Source: Chlamydiia bacterium
GTDB taxonomy: Bacteria > Chlamydiota > Chlamydiia > Chlamydiales > 2-12-FULL-49-11
DNA length: 33,639 nucleotides
Reading direction: 5' to 3'
Assembly: GCA_044233345.1 (NCBI GenBank)
Contig: JBIIKD010000002.1
Span: forward strand, 1 to 33,639
The position numbers were made by a program, and so were the translations under genes. The stretch's first letter is position 1, and every line of letters starts with the position of its first letter. Below, piece after piece: positions 8,393 through 21,103 of the stretch. The notes under the pieces were generated by a model. The model ran no database searches and was not told the DNA's origin. It saw only the letters and a list, made by a program, of their open reading frames with translations.

Positions 8393-10140
8393 GGTGTATT
8401 TCCCTTTTTTCCTTTGGAGATTTTTTTCTTTAAATAGCTTTCGAATTCTTCGGAAATATCAAACGTTTCTTTTGAGTTTGTTGTTACTTCGATGATCGTT
8501 GGAGTGCTTTGAGAAAGGGAGGTTTCTAAAGCTGCAATAAAGGTCTCTTTACAGTCTGGATGAAAATAAGAGATTCCAAATCCAGCAGCGAGTTTTTCCA
8601 ATTTGATTTGATGGGGGAATTGAAAAAACTGAGAAAAATATTTTTTTTCATTAGCCATGGAAAGATGTTGGAATATTCCCCCTCCATCATTATTGAATAC
8701 AATAAAAACAACGGGTACAGGATAAAGTTTCGCAATTGCTAAGCTGTTTACGTCATGAAGGAATGTCAAATCACCGATGATAGCGAGAAGAGGTTCTTTA
8801 AGTCCACGTGCAATTCCAAGGGAAGTAGCGATATTTCCATCAATGCCAGAAACTCCTCGATTTCCAAAAAATGGACCTGAAATTTCTTTCGGAAAGAAAA
8901 AAGAGTCAAAAAATCGAATGGGAAGACTATTGCCTACAAAAAAGGAGAGGCTTTCTTTTTGATATTTCATCAACATGTCTACACAGGAAAGTTCTGAAAG
9001 TGTTTCTAAGTTTTGCATAAAATCAAAAAGGTGCTCTTCAATGCTAAGAGAATATTCTTTCCATAGGGAAAGCCAAGTGCTTGGAGCTCTTCCTTTAATA
9101 ACTTCCATAATTTTTTCACAAAAGTAATCAGGGCGCATTTCGATTTTTTCAGTTACTTTATGAATTGGGTCTTGGCGCGAGGGAAAATTTCCAACTTGAT
9201 AGAAGTTTTCTGGGCTTATTGTGTCTAGCCATTTAAGAAGAGGTTTTGACACAAAAGAGCCACCGAAATGAACAACAATTTCAGGGATTAATTTTTCAGG
9301 AGCGGGAGTTGTTGTCAAAATGTGGTTATAGTAAGAGATCATCGAAGAATCGCACCCAACTTTTCGTAGCTGCGATAGAGGGTCTGCAAAAATAGGCCAT
9401 TGAAGACGCATTGCAAGAGACAAAATTGCCTCCCCATTTTCACCATTCGGAAGCTCACCTACTACAATGATCCCTTTTTCCCTACGAGAAAATTCCGCTG
9501 CAATCAAAGGAAATAAAGAGGGGGAAAGAGTTTTTTCCACGGGAAAATAGCGAGTATTTGGAAGAGGAAGTAGATTTTCTTCTTTTTTAGAAGAAATTAA
9601 AGGAAGTTCATAAAAGGGTTCCCGACATTTCGCGTTGATAAGCACTGGGCCTTTAGGATTTGATAAAGATCTATAAATTGCTTGATTGACAGCGGAGGCA
9701 ATACAATCTAAAGAAATAAAGGGATCAGAGCAGTGCAGATCTACTTCAAAACGAAGATAATTTCCAAATAGCTTTATTTGATCTATTGTTTGGTTCGAGC
9801 CGCAATCTTGAAGTTCTGCTGGCCTGTCAGCTGATAAGATGATAAGGGGGGTTCGACTGTAATGCGCTTCCATGATAGCTGGATAGAAATTTGCAAGGGC
9901 AGTGCCTGATGTGCAAAGAACAACTGCTGGACGTCCCGTTGCTTTACCCATCCCAAGGGCATGAAAAGCAGCTCCTCTTTCATCGAAATGTACGACAGTT
10001 TCTGCAAGTGGATTTTCCGCAATACTAAGCGCTAAAGGAGCAGATCTAGATCCAGGTGCAACCACAAATCTACGTACTGAAGATTTAATGCACTCAGAAA
10101 TAATTTTTCGCGTTCTTTCAAAGGTTAATTCTTCAGTCAT
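8362..10140 (-). CDS. menD: SEPHCHC synthase (ThDP-dependent)
   Basis: The 592-aa protein has a ThDP-enzyme layout. The ThDP-binding motif is seen in [12 protein letters not shown]...NNDGGGIF. The N-terminal Pyr domain includes APGSRSAPL and [13 protein letters not shown]. Its 3' end overlaps the menH::menB start by 31 nt. Confidence 0.9.
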   Translation of the reverse strand: MTEELTFERTRKIISECIKSSVRRFVVAPGSRSAPLALSIAENPLAETVVHFDERGAAFHALGMGKATGRPAVVLCTSGTALANFYPAIMEAHYSRTPLIILSADRPAELQDCGSNQTIDQIKLFGNYLRFEVDLHCSDPFISLDCIASAVNQAIYRSLSNPKGPVLINAKCREPFYELPLISSKKEENLLPLPNTRYFPVEKTLSPSLFPLIAAEFSRREKGIIVVGELPNGENGEAILSLAMRLQWPIFADPLSQLRKVGCDSSMISYYNHILTTTPAPEKLIPEIVVHFGGSFVSKPLLKWLDTISPENFYQVGNFPSRQDPIHKVTEKIEMRPDYFCEKIMEVIKGRAPSTWLSLWKEYSLSIEEHLFDFMQNLETLSELSCVDMLMKYQKESLSFFVGNSLPIRFFDSFFFPKEISGPFFGNRGVSGIDGNIATSLGIARGLKEPLLAIIGDLTFLHDVNSLAIAKLYPVPVVFIVFNNDGGGIFQHLSMANEKKYFSQFFQFPHQIKLEKLAAGFGISYFHPDCKETFIAALETSLSQSTPTIIEVTTNSKETFDISEEFESYLKKKISKGKKGNTPCYFTVSKTR

Positions 10141-11095
10141 GTTTTAGATCTCCGAATAGTGCTATTTTGTTCTCAAGTTCTTGCCACTCAGTTTCTGGCT
10201 TCGATTCCAAAACAATACCTCCTCCAGAAAAAATATGCATCTTATTTTCTATGATAAGGGTTGCGCGAAGACAAACATAGACATTCGATTTACATCTAAA
10301 TGTACCACAATACCATCCACGATCAAATCGCTCCATCGAAGCAATCATTTTGATTGCATCTTTTTTAGGGCGCCCCGCAATAGCAGGTGTTGGGTGTAAA
10401 AAAGAAATAAGTTCTTCATTGGTGTATTCTTTCTTTAACTGTACAACAAATGGGCAATGAAGATGAGAAAGAGAATTGGTTCTCCAAATAGAGGGGCTTT
10501 CTTCTACTGTAAAGGGATGAGAGATTTCTTTTAATTTGTTGTAAATTTCCTCTTTGACAACCCTAAATTCATAAAGATCCTTTGTGGATGATAGAAGAGC
10601 GCTTTCCTGTTCATGTATTCGGGTTCCTGCAAGCGCCATTGTTTTGAGAGTTTGCTCTTCCCTTGAAAATAGAAGCTCTGGAGTAGCCCCAACAAAGGCT
10701 ATGTCTTTAGAAAAAATCACTCCAAATGGAGTTGCATTTCCTTTTAGCTTTAATAACTGAGAGTATACGCCAAAAGGATTAATTCGATCTTGAAAAACAA
10801 AAGTTGATTGCCTTGCAAGAACCATTTTTTCTATACCGCTGGAAAGAAAACGATCAATTAAAAAAGAGTGCTCTTCTTTTGAAGGAATATTGGTACGGGA
10901 AATAATGGGAGGTAATTTATAAGAAAAAGGATGAATCAAAAAAGAAGATCGACTTTGAAAATGTAATTCTTTAGGAATACCACTCCAATTTTCTCTTCTT
11001 CGGGGAAGGGGGAAATCTTTAATTTGAAAATCCCCCCCTGAAGAAACAATATCTCCTCTATAAAGATGCTCTTTAAATAAAAAAGAAGGAGTCAC
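10133..11095 (-). CDS. menF: Isochorismate synthase (short form, chorismate-binding domain only)
   Basis: Chorismate-utilising enzyme motifs are present: GATPELLF, ALAGT, LHPTPAIAGRP, ERFDRGWYCG and GGGIVLESKPETEW. It overlaps the menD start by 8 nt and the ubiE stop by 4 nt. Confidence 0.85.
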   Translation of the reverse strand: MTPSFLFKEHLYRGDIVSSGGDFQIKDFPLPRRRENWSGIPKELHFQSRSSFLIHPFSYKLPPIISRTNIPSKEEHSFLIDRFLSSGIEKMVLARQSTFVFQDRINPFGVYSQLLKLKGNATPFGVIFSKDIAFVGATPELLFSREEQTLKTMALAGTRIHEQESALLSSTKDLYEFRVVKEEIYNKLKEISHPFTVEESPSIWRTNSLSHLHCPFVVQLKKEYTNEELISFLHPTPAIAGRPKKDAIKMIASMERFDRGWYCGTFRCKSNVYVCLRATLIIENKMHIFSGGGIVLESKPETEWQELENKIALFGDLKHD

Positions 11096-11805
11096 TTTTC
11101 TCCAATAAAAACGGAAACTATACCAAAGGTTAGTGGTTTTACACGAATGGTGTGAAAGCCTGCCTTTTCCATAAGGATGTCAAGGGGGGAATTTTTGCAA
11201 AAGTCTTCAATTGATTGATTTAAATAAGAGTATGCTTCTTTGTCTTTAGAGAGGAAAAGGCCAACGGAGGGAAGTATGTGTCTTAAGTAAAGAAGATAAC
11301 ATCTTTGTATAAAACTATTTTTCGGAAGGGAAAACTCGAGAACAATCGCGCGCCCACCTGGCTTTAAAATTCTGTAGAGTTCTTTTAGCGCTAAAGAAGG
11401 ATCAGTCATATTACGGATGCCGAAAGAAAGAGTTGTTGCATCGCAAAAATTGTCATCGATAGGAATATCAAGACCGCTTCCAAGTTGTAACGAAACAGGT
11501 TTTTTTAAATTTTTGACCTTTTCTAGGCCAACTTGAAGCATTTTTTCAGAAATATCAAACCCGATAAAATGGTCAATTTTTGAATTCTTAGCAAGGGCTA
11601 GGATTTGATCTCCTGTCCCTGTAGCAACGTCTACCACAGTAAGATTGGACTGAAGTGGAAGAAATTGGTTGATTTTTTTTCTCCAAGAAAGGTCAAGGCC
11701 AAACGAGAGAATTCGATTGATCTTGTCATAGCGCGCAGCAATTCGGTTAAACATGTAGGCTACATGATGTCTAGATAAAGTCTGGTGTTCCATGTCGAGC
11801 ATCAT
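11092..11805 (-). CDS. ubiE: Demethylmenaquinone methyltransferase
   Basis: The UbiE/MenG signature YDKINRILSFGLDLSWRKK is present, along with the SAM motif I VVDVATGTGD, and SFGIRN and LKPGGR. It is the first gene of the men operon. Confidence 0.9.
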   Translation of the reverse strand: MMLDMEHQTLSRHHVAYMFNRIAARYDKINRILSFGLDLSWRKKINQFLPLQSNLTVVDVATGTGDQILALAKNSKIDHFIGFDISEKMLQVGLEKVKNLKKPVSLQLGSGLDIPIDDNFCDATTLSFGIRNMTDPSLALKELYRILKPGGRAIVLEFSLPKNSFIQRCYLLYLRHILPSVGLFLSKDKEAYSYLNQSIEDFCKNSPLDILMEKAGFHTIRVKPLTFGIVSVFIGEK

Positions 11806-11841
11806 AACAAAAATAAATCGAGAAGTCTAAAGAAAAATATA

Positions 11842-11870
11842 TTGAAAAACTATTAAAGGGAAATTAAGAT
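11842..11870 (+). promoter_or_regulatory. Candidate sigma-70-type promoter for the Inc-like gene
   Basis: TTGAAA (11842-11847), a 17-nt spacer, then TAAGAT (11865-11870). A GAGGTG SD lies at 11893-11898 and the ATG at 11903. This rests on pattern match only. Confidence 0.35.
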
Positions 11871-11902
11871 TCAATTAAATTTTTTTAAAAAAGAGGTGAA
11901 TT

Positions 11903-13099
11903 ATGGATCTTCAGATTGTGACTTCAGGGCTTCAGCCGCTTGATGAAATTGTTATTCAGAATCAGGCTCAGTCGCTGATAGCAGAGAATAATTTTCGGCC
12001 TCAGCCGTATCGAGTAGTGGAATTGCCGATCGTTCCTCCCCCACCAGCTGGCCCAGGTCCAAGACCTCCAGTCGAAAAAAATTGGAAAGATACAGCGGAT
12101 GTTGTTGTTGTTGTTTTTGCAGCGACTGTTTTTGTTGTGAGTGTTCTTGTTCTTGTTGGGGCAGGAAGTGGGCGTGTTGTTGCCCTTACTCCTGAGGGTT
12201 ATGCTGCAGATAGTCTTGTTGTTGTTATTTCTGGATTGCTTACATACTTTGCATGGAATACGGGAATTGTGAGTTTAAAACAGCAGATCGATCGTCAAAA
12301 AGTGGAGAATGATCGTCTTCAGTTAAACATTGATAGATTAGTCCAACAAGGGAATCTAATACACGCGGTAGCGCAGGAACTAGAGACAGCATCTGGACGG
12401 TTGCAGGGTTCTGTAGGGCTCCTTCAAGGGCAGTTGATACAAAGCGCAACTCAGCTAGAAATTAGAGAGCAACAAATTGAAAAAAGCAAAGAGGTATTAG
12501 TAGTTTTTCAGAATACTGTATTAAACCTTGAGAATAGGGTTGCTCAATATGAGGGACAGTTGGATGAAGGAAGAAGGCAAATTGAATCAAGAAATCAGCA
12601 GTTAGAAGCCAGTGAAAGCGAGATTACAGAGCTTAAAAAAATAAGGGAAAGTTTAGAAGTAGATCAAGCTAATCTAAAAAAGCAAATAGATCAGCATCGA
12701 AATCAAATAGAAAAAAATGAAGAGCAAATTACGCATTTGAAGAATTTAAATAAGATATTAAGTGAAACTGCGGTAAAGATTGCAGGAGGGGAGAAGGCTT
12801 TTAAAGAAATGCAAGAAGTGCAACAAGATCTTTTAAAAAGAGAGGGAGATCTTCATAAAGAAAATATGGAGTTGCTTGAAAAAGAAAAAAAAATTTTAAA
12901 AGAACAAGAAAATGTAGCTGCCCTCCTAGAAAATGTTCAAAAGGAGTTGACAGATTCACAGAATAGATTAAAAGGCCTTGTTGATGAGCTTGCAGCAACC
13001 AAAGGTGCATTAGTTGCTGCAAAACTGACGAATGCTGGCGTTAACTGGGGTCAGCTAAAACGCGCCATACTTCAAAGAGCACAAAAGAAAAACGGATGA
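11903..13099 (+). CDS. Inc-like (IncA-type architecture) membrane protein: Pro-rich N-terminus, bilobed hydrophobic domain, long C-terminal coiled coil
   Basis: Residues about 65-124 (nt about 12095-12274) form two hydrophobic segments, DVVVVVFAATVFVVSVLVLVGAG and SLVVVISGLLTYFAWNTGIVSL, separated by a 13-aa loop. The remaining roughly 270 aa are Q/E/K/L-rich with heptad character, for example LQLNIDRLVQQGNL, LENRVAQYEGQLDEGRRQIESRNQQLEASESEITELKK and LKKQIDQHRNQIEKNEEQITHLKNL. An SD and a promoter-like sequence lie upstream. No enzymatic motif is visible. Confidence 0.6.
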   Translation: MDLQIVTSGLQPLDEIVIQNQAQSLIAENNFRPQPYRVVELPIVPPPPAGPGPRPPVEKNWKDTADVVVVVFAATVFVVSVLVLVGAGSGRVVALTPEGYAADSLVVVISGLLTYFAWNTGIVSLKQQIDRQKVENDRLQLNIDRLVQQGNLIHAVAQELETASGRLQGSVGLLQGQLIQSATQLEIREQQIEKSKEVLVVFQNTVLNLENRVAQYEGQLDEGRRQIESRNQQLEASESEITELKKIRESLEVDQANLKKQIDQHRNQIEKNEEQITHLKNLNKILSETAVKIAGGEKAFKEMQEVQQDLLKREGDLHKENMELLEKEKKILKEQENVAALLENVQKELTDSQNRLKGLVDELAATKGALVAAKLTNAGVNWGQLKRAILQRAQKKNG

Positions 13100-13108
13100 T
13101 ATAGTCAA

Positions 13109-13140
13109 GCGGGGGGGCTAGAAATTAGCCCCGCTTTTTC
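13109..13140 (+). terminator. Probable rho-independent terminator of the Inc-like gene, overlapping the typA stop codon
   Basis: The stem ggggcta (13114-13120) pairs with tagcccc (13126-13132) around the loop gaaat, followed by gcTTTTTcTgTTTT. The typA TAA lies at 13125-13127, inside the hairpin. Confidence 0.45.
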
Positions 13141-14942
13141 TGTTTTCGTTCATTCTCTGAAAGAATTGTTTTTCGAATACGGATCGATTTAGGTGTTACT
13201 TCGATCAGTTCATCATCTTCAATAAAGTCAATTGCTTGCTCTAGGTTTAAAACACGAGGGGGAGTAAGGATGAGGTTTTCATCATTTCCTGCAGAGCGAA
13301 CGTTTGTGAGCTGTTTTCCTTTGGCAACGTTTACAACAAGATCATCATCGCGAGAATTTTGTCCTACAATCATTCCTTCGTAGACTTCTGTTCCTGCTGG
13401 AATGAAGAAAATACCTCTATCTTGCAGATTGAACATTGCATAAGCTGTGGCTTTTCCTGCGGCATTACAAACTAGGCAGCCATTCTTGCGGCCTGGAATT
13501 TTTCCTTTGCTTGGAGCGTAGCCATCAAAGACGGAGGTTAAAATACCCTCTCCTTTGGTAGCTGTAAGGAAGTCATTTCGATATCCCATGAGCCCTCTTG
13601 TTGGAATCAGGAATTCAATTGTGGTAATTCCATGCTCGTTAGTTGTAAGAAGGCGCATTTCTCCTTTTCTTCGAGAAAGTTCTTCAATAACAAATCCAGA
13701 GGCTTCTTCTGGGACTTCAATGTGAGCAACCTCAAAAGGTTCATACATTGTATCGTCAACCATTTTTGTGATTACTTCAGGTTTGGAGACAACGAATTCA
13801 AATCCTTCTCTACGCATCGTTTCAATTACGATAGAAAGATGCAGCTCCCCTCTACCTGAAACTTTTAGAGCATCATCTCTTCCTTCCGCTTCTTCGATTT
13901 TCAAAGAAACATTCGATCGTTTTTCTTTCATAAGACGATCGCGGATCTTGTTCATTGTTACATGCTTTCCCTCACGTCCAACAAATGGACCTGAGTTAAC
14001 CATGATGTTAACAGAGAGAGTTGGTTCTCCAAGTTCAATAGGTGGAAGTTGGCAAATATTTTTAGGAGAACATAAAGTGTCACCGATCATTACTTCTGGA
14101 ATTCCAGATATACTAATGATGTCGCCGACTCCAGCTTCTGGAAGTTCTACTTTTTTTAAGCCTAAGTACCCTTCAATAAGGGTTACTTTGTGGTTTGTTG
14201 GGTGACCGCTTTTCTCAACACAGACGATAGAGTCGTTTTTTGCGATTTTCCCTTGCAGAATTCTTCCTGTTGCGGCGCGTCCTGTAAAATCGCTGTAGGA
14301 AAGGGTCATCACTTGCATCAAAAACGGCTCTTCAAGGCTTCCTGTTGGTGCTGGAACATGTTCAATAATCATTTCAAAGAGAGGCCGCATGTTGACTTCA
14401 GGATCTTCTGGTTTTAATTTAGCAAACCCTGCTAGACCTGAAGCGTAGCAGTAAGAGAAGTCGAGTTGGTCGTCGTTTGCACCAAGTTCTACGAACAGGT
14501 CGAATGTTAAATTGAGTGCGCGTTCAGGATCTGCGTGTGGACGGTCGACTTTATTGAGAACAACGATTGGTTTTAGTCCTTTTTTTAAAGCAGCAGATAG
14601 AACGAAACGTGTTTGAGGCATTGGTCCTTCTTGGGCGTCTATAAGGAGGAGGACAGAGTTAACCATTCCAAGAACTCTTTCAACTTCTCCTGAAAAGTCG
14701 GCGTGTCCCGGGGTGTCGATCAAATTAATTTTATAGTCGTCAAAAGGAAGAGAGGTGTGTTTTGCGAAAATTGTGATTCCTCGTTCACGCTCCAAATAAA
14801 AACTATCCATTGCGCGTTCAGGAACTTCTTCGTTATCTCTAAATACATGCGTTTGAGACAGAAGGCTGTCCATTAAAGTAGTCTTTCCATGGTCGATGTG
14901 AGCTACAATCGCAACGTTACGAATTTTTTTTGGATCATACAT
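13125..14942 (-). CDS. typA: Translational GTPase TypA/BipA
   Basis: The G motifs [18 protein letters not shown] and NKVDR are present. At 605 aa it has an EF-G-like domain order with the BipA-specific C-terminal domain. Confidence 0.95.
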   Translation of the reverse strand: MYDPKKIRNVAIVAHIDHGKTTLMDSLLSQTHVFRDNEEVPERAMDSFYLERERGITIFAKHTSLPFDDYKINLIDTPGHADFSGEVERVLGMVNSVLLLIDAQEGPMPQTRFVLSAALKKGLKPIVVLNKVDRPHADPERALNLTFDLFVELGANDDQLDFSYCYASGLAGFAKLKPEDPEVNMRPLFEMIIEHVPAPTGSLEEPFLMQVMTLSYSDFTGRAATGRILQGKIAKNDSIVCVEKSGHPTNHKVTLIEGYLGLKKVELPEAGVGDIISISGIPEVMIGDTLCSPKNICQLPPIELGEPTLSVNIMVNSGPFVGREGKHVTMNKIRDRLMKEKRSNVSLKIEEAEGRDDALKVSGRGELHLSIVIETMRREGFEFVVSKPEVITKMVDDTMYEPFEVAHIEVPEEASGFVIEELSRRKGEMRLLTTNEHGITTIEFLIPTRGLMGYRNDFLTATKGEGILTSVFDGYAPSKGKIPGRKNGCLVCNAAGKATAYAMFNLQDRGIFFIPAGTEVYEGMIVGQNSRDDDLVVNVAKGKQLTNVRSAGNDENLILTPPRVLNLEQAIDFIEDDELIEVTPKSIRIRKTILSENERKQKKRG

Positions 14943-15069
14943 AAGGTTTTTTTCTTTCTCCGTGTTTTTAAAAGGATGGCCAATGGTAGAGAACTATAAC
15001 AAAACGGTAAAAAAAATGATAGCGATTTTGCGAAAGGTGTGTTAGGATCGTACGTTTTAAGCCTTCAAA

Positions 15070-15417
15070 GTGAGTATGCTGATTTTGGGAAAGTCTCGTA
15101 AAGATCTTAGCGGAAGAATGGATCGCCATCCTGCAGGAAGAGTTGCGGGGGATTTGATTCCTAATGTCATAAAAAAAATTCAGGAGACGAGAGAAAAACA
15201 AGTTTCTAGTGTGGGACAAATTTGGAAGCAAATTGTTGGAGAACGAGTTGCTATGGCTACAGTTGTAGAGAGTTTTAAAGAAGGGACATTATATATAAAA
15301 GTTTCGTCAGCCTCACTTTACAGCATGCTTAGCATGAGTGGACGCCAAAAGTTAATTCGTGAATTTCAAGAAAAGCTACCATCGCTTGGATTAATCAATA
15401 TTGTATTTCGGAGATGA
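15070..15417 (+). CDS. DUF721 family protein (DciA-like, putative replicative helicase operator)
   Basis: IWKQIVGERVAMATVVESFKEGTLYIKVSSASLYSMLSMSGRQKLIREF fits the DUF721 pattern W..ivG..ia.ht.....l..g.L.v.v.s......L......i. The gene lies directly upstream of gyrB, a typical DUF721 location. The start is uncertain: GTG 15070, ATG 15076 or ATG 15118. Confidence 0.6.
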   Translation: MSMLILGKSRKDLSGRMDRHPAGRVAGDLIPNVIKKIQETREKQVSSVGQIWKQIVGERVAMATVVESFKEGTLYIKVSSASLYSMLSMSGRQKLIREFQEKLPSLGLINIVFRR

Positions 15418-17934
<2,517 letters not shown>

Positions 17935-17946
17935 GGAATGTGAAAG

Positions 17947-20445
17947 ATGAGTGAACAAGAACTGCCAGTTAGAAAAGATGATGAAATAATTTTCCGCGAT
18001 GTCGAAGATGAGTTGAAAGAGAGCTACCTTCGCTATTCGATGTCTGTGATTGTTGCCAGAGCGCTTCCTGATGTAAGGGATGGACTAAAACCTTCTCAGC
18101 GCCGTATTCTTTTTGCAATGAAACAATTAAATTTGACTCCAGGTGCAAAACATAGAAAATGTGCGAAAATTGCTGGAGACACATCTGGAGATTATCACCC
18201 ACATGGAGAGCAAGTAATTTATCCAACTCTTGTGCGCATGGCACAGCCTTGGATTATGAGATATTCTCTAGTCAATGGACAGGGAAATTTTGGCTCTGTT
18301 GATGGCGATCCTCCTGCTGCGATGCGTTATACAGAAGCGAAGTTAACGCACCCATCAATTGCTCTTATGGAAGATTTAGATAAAGAGACAGTTGACTACA
18401 TTCCAAACTATGATGAGACTAAAAAAGAGCCGGTTGTTTTTCCATCAAAGTTTCCCAACCTTCTTTGTAATGGTTCCTCAGGAATTGCTGTTGGAATGGC
18501 AACAAACATTCCTCCTCACAATTTGGTAGAATTAATTGAAGCTACTTTTCTTGTGATAGATGATCCAAAGACCTCTATCGAAGAGATTATGAAGGTGATG
18601 CCGGGGCCTGATTTTCCGACAGGAGGGGTTATTTGTGGGACTAAGGGAATTAAAGAGGCATTTTATACAGGACGCGGGAAGCTTCATTTACGGGGCATTT
18701 GTCGTATAGAGGAAGATAAAAATGAAAGACAAAAAATTGTTATCGATGAGATTCCTTATAACGTAAACAAAGCTCTTCTTATCACACGCATTGCAGAGCT
18801 TGTAAATGAAAAGACGTTTACTGGAATTTCTGATATTCGGGATGAATCTGATAAAGAAGGAATGAGGATTGTCCTTGAATTAAAAAGAGGCGAAATTCCA
18901 GATGTAATTATCAATCAGCTTTTTAAATATACAGATATGCAGGTTACATTTGGTTGTAACATGCTCGCCCTTGATAATGGCCTTCCACGAACAATGAACA
19001 TTAAGCAAATGATCTCTGCTTGGGTAGATCATAGAATAGAAGTCGTTCAAAGACGTACTCGATTTGAACTTAAAAAAGCAGAAGCTAGAGCTCATATTCT
19101 TGAGGGATATTTAAAAGCGCTAGATCATCTTGATGCAATTGTAGCTCTTATTCGCGCAAGTTCAGACCGCGCTGAAGCTAAAGAGGCTCTTGTGAATAAG
19201 TATGAATTTAGTGATAAACAAGCAGATGCAGTCCTCGACTTAAGGCTCTACCAGCTTACTGGAATGGAAAGGGGTAAGGTGGAAAATGAGTATAGAGATC
19301 TCCTTGCAAAAATTGATCAATATAGAGCGATTCTTGCATCAGAAAAGCTTGTTCGTGAGATTATTAAAGAAGAGCTTGAGACAATGAAAAAAATGGATAA
19401 GTCTCCTCGAATGACACAGATAGCTCCGACAGAAGATGAAGATTTTGAAATGGAAGACCTCATTACAAATGAACCTGTGATTATTACGATCTCTACAGAT
19501 GATTATATTAAACGAATGCCGATTGATACCTTCCGCGAGCAAAAAAGGGGAGGGCATGGGGTAATGGGCGCCGATATGAAGAAAGAAACTGATGGGCTTA
19601 AAGATGTTTATGTAGTCAATACTCATGATCATATCCTTGTTTTTACAAGCTTTGGGCGATGCTACTGGCTGAAAGGATGGCAAATTCCAGAGGGAAGTCG
19701 TAAAGCAAAAGGAAAAGCCCTTGTTAATCTTTTAGAGGGAATCAATAAGGAAGAGAAAGTGGCAGCAGTTTTGCGCGTTGCAAGTTTTGAAGATAAAGCA
19801 GCTATCCTTTTTGCAACGAAAAAGGGTGTCATTAAGAAAACAGAGCTAAATAGTTATTCCTCTCAAAGGAAAAAAGGGGTTTATGCAATTACGATTGATG
19901 AAGGAGATGAGGTGATTGCGGTAAGGCTTGTTCATGAAAAAGAACAGGTTATGCTCTTTACAAAAGCTGGAATGGCTGTCCGATTTGATGAGTCTTTGGT
20001 GCGAGCTGTTGGAAGAACCGCTCGAGGTGTAAAAGGGGTTACCCTTAAAGATGAACAAGATGACGTAGTCTCTTGTGAAGTCGTTACTCCAGAACAAGCT
20101 CTTCTCGTTGTTTGCGAAAATGGATACGGAAAACGCTCAAAAGTAAGCGATTTCAGACAGACTAACAGGGGTGGAAAAGGAGTTCGTTCGATTCTTGCCA
20201 ATAAGCGAAATGGATATGTAGTGGGAGCTATTGCCATCAAATCTGATGAAGATAGCGTACTTATGATGTCGAAACTTGGGCAAAGCTTACGTACTTCTAT
20301 GAAAGATATCCGCGTGATGGGAAGATCTACGCAAGGAGTGAGATTAGTGAATCTTCCATTAGAGGATAAGCTAATTGCTCTTCAAAAAATTGAAAAATTT
20401 GCTCCAATAGAAGGAGAGGCGGTAGAGAGTGGCGAGAGCGGATAA
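17947..20445 (+). CDS. gyrA: DNA gyrase subunit A
   Basis: [26 protein letters not shown], the DYHPHG region and the catalytic-Tyr region [10 protein letters not shown] are present. The C-terminal beta-pinwheel repeats include the GyrA box-like QRKKGVY/RGGKG. Confidence 0.97.
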   Translation: MSEQELPVRKDDEIIFRDVEDELKESYLRYSMSVIVARALPDVRDGLKPSQRRILFAMKQLNLTPGAKHRKCAKIAGDTSGDYHPHGEQVIYPTLVRMAQPWIMRYSLVNGQGNFGSVDGDPPAAMRYTEAKLTHPSIALMEDLDKETVDYIPNYDETKKEPVVFPSKFPNLLCNGSSGIAVGMATNIPPHNLVELIEATFLVIDDPKTSIEEIMKVMPGPDFPTGGVICGTKGIKEAFYTGRGKLHLRGICRIEEDKNERQKIVIDEIPYNVNKALLITRIAELVNEKTFTGISDIRDESDKEGMRIVLELKRGEIPDVIINQLFKYTDMQVTFGCNMLALDNGLPRTMNIKQMISAWVDHRIEVVQRRTRFELKKAEARAHILEGYLKALDHLDAIVALIRASSDRAEAKEALVNKYEFSDKQADAVLDLRLYQLTGMERGKVENEYRDLLAKIDQYRAILASEKLVREIIKEELETMKKMDKSPRMTQIAPTEDEDFEMEDLITNEPVIITISTDDYIKRMPIDTFREQKRGGHGVMGADMKKETDGLKDVYVVNTHDHILVFTSFGRCYWLKGWQIPEGSRKAKGKALVNLLEGINKEEKVAAVLRVASFEDKAAILFATKKGVIKKTELNSYSSQRKKGVYAITIDEGDEVIAVRLVHEKEQVMLFTKAGMAVRFDESLVRAVGRTARGVKGVTLKDEQDDVVSCEVVTPEQALLVVCENGYGKRSKVSDFRQTNRGGKGVRSILANKRNGYVVGAIAIKSDEDSVLMMSKLGQSLRTSMKDIRVMGRSTQGVRLVNLPLEDKLIALQKIEKFAPIEGEAVESGESG

Positions 20446-21103
20446 TGGTTTTTTTCTGACTGTAGAAGGGGGTGAAGGGACAGGAAAGTCAACTCTTGTT
20501 GCAAGTCTCTACAACTATTTGAAAGATGTAGAAAAGTGGGTGGTCGTTAAGACGTTTGAGCCTGGAGATACCCCCTTTGGAAAAAGAGTTAGAGAGCTAG
20601 TTTTACATCAGGAGGATATCTCGATTAGTTCACGTGCAGAGCTTTTTCTCTATTTATCAGATAGGGCTCATCATGTAGAAAGTCTGATTAAACCTGCATT
20701 AAATCAAGATCTTATTGTCATCTGTGATCGATTTAATGACTCTTCTTTAGCCTATCAGGGAGCCGCACGCCGAGATGAAGAAATAGATAAGCTAAAAGAA
20801 GTGTGTGATTTTTCGGCAGGTGGGCTTGTTCCAGATCTTACTTTGTATTTAGATGTAGATCCGAAAATAGCACTCGCTCGCTTAAAAAGAGGTAAAGATC
20901 GCCTTGAAAAAGAAGATCTAGACTTTCATCAAAGAGTAAGACAGGGGTACTTAAATCTTGCTAAACAAGAGCCTCATCGAATTTATGTGATTGATGCAAG
21001 TAACCCTCAAGAAGAAGTCTATAAAAAGGCTCTAGAGAAAGTTCTTTTTTCAATAAAAGCGGAGGCAAGGGGTGCATTCTCCACTCATCCTTATTTCTCC
21101 TGA
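20429..21103 (+). CDS. tmk: Thymidylate kinase
   Basis: The P-loop FLTVEGGEGTGKST, CDRFNDSSLAYQG and a lid-region RLKRGKDRLE are present. The only in-frame start is GTG 20429, which overlaps the gyrA end by 17 nt. Confidence 0.9.
   Translation: MARADNGFFLTVEGGEGTGKSTLVASLYNYLKDVEKWVVVKTFEPGDTPFGKRVRELVLHQEDISISSRAELFLYLSDRAHHVESLIKPALNQDLIVICDRFNDSSLAYQGAARRDEEIDKLKEVCDFSAGGLVPDLTLYLDVDPKIALARLKRGKDRLEKEDLDFHQRVRQGYLNLAKQEPHRIYVIDASNPQEEVYKKALEKVLFSIKAEARGAFSTHPYFS

Noticed and set aside
13632-14417. The + strand ORFs 13632..13859, 13768..14205 and 14190..14417.
   Set aside because: They are antisense shadows inside typA, which is supported by complete GTPase motifs. Their S/F/P/R-rich composition is typical of antisense frames.
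14968-15231. The 87-aa minus-strand ORF spanning the typA/DUF721 intergenic region.
   Set aside because: It overlaps the DUF721 gene start and the promoter region. It has no SD and no motif, and its composition is implausible.
17969-20240. Minus-strand ORFs inside gyrA (17969..18244, 18880..19095, 19339..19683, 19846..20097, 19932..20240). Similar ORFs lie inside gyrB (15811..15999, 16389..16598, 17024..17281, 17447..17674).
   Set aside because: They lie antisense to unambiguous gyrase genes. None has a recognisable motif.
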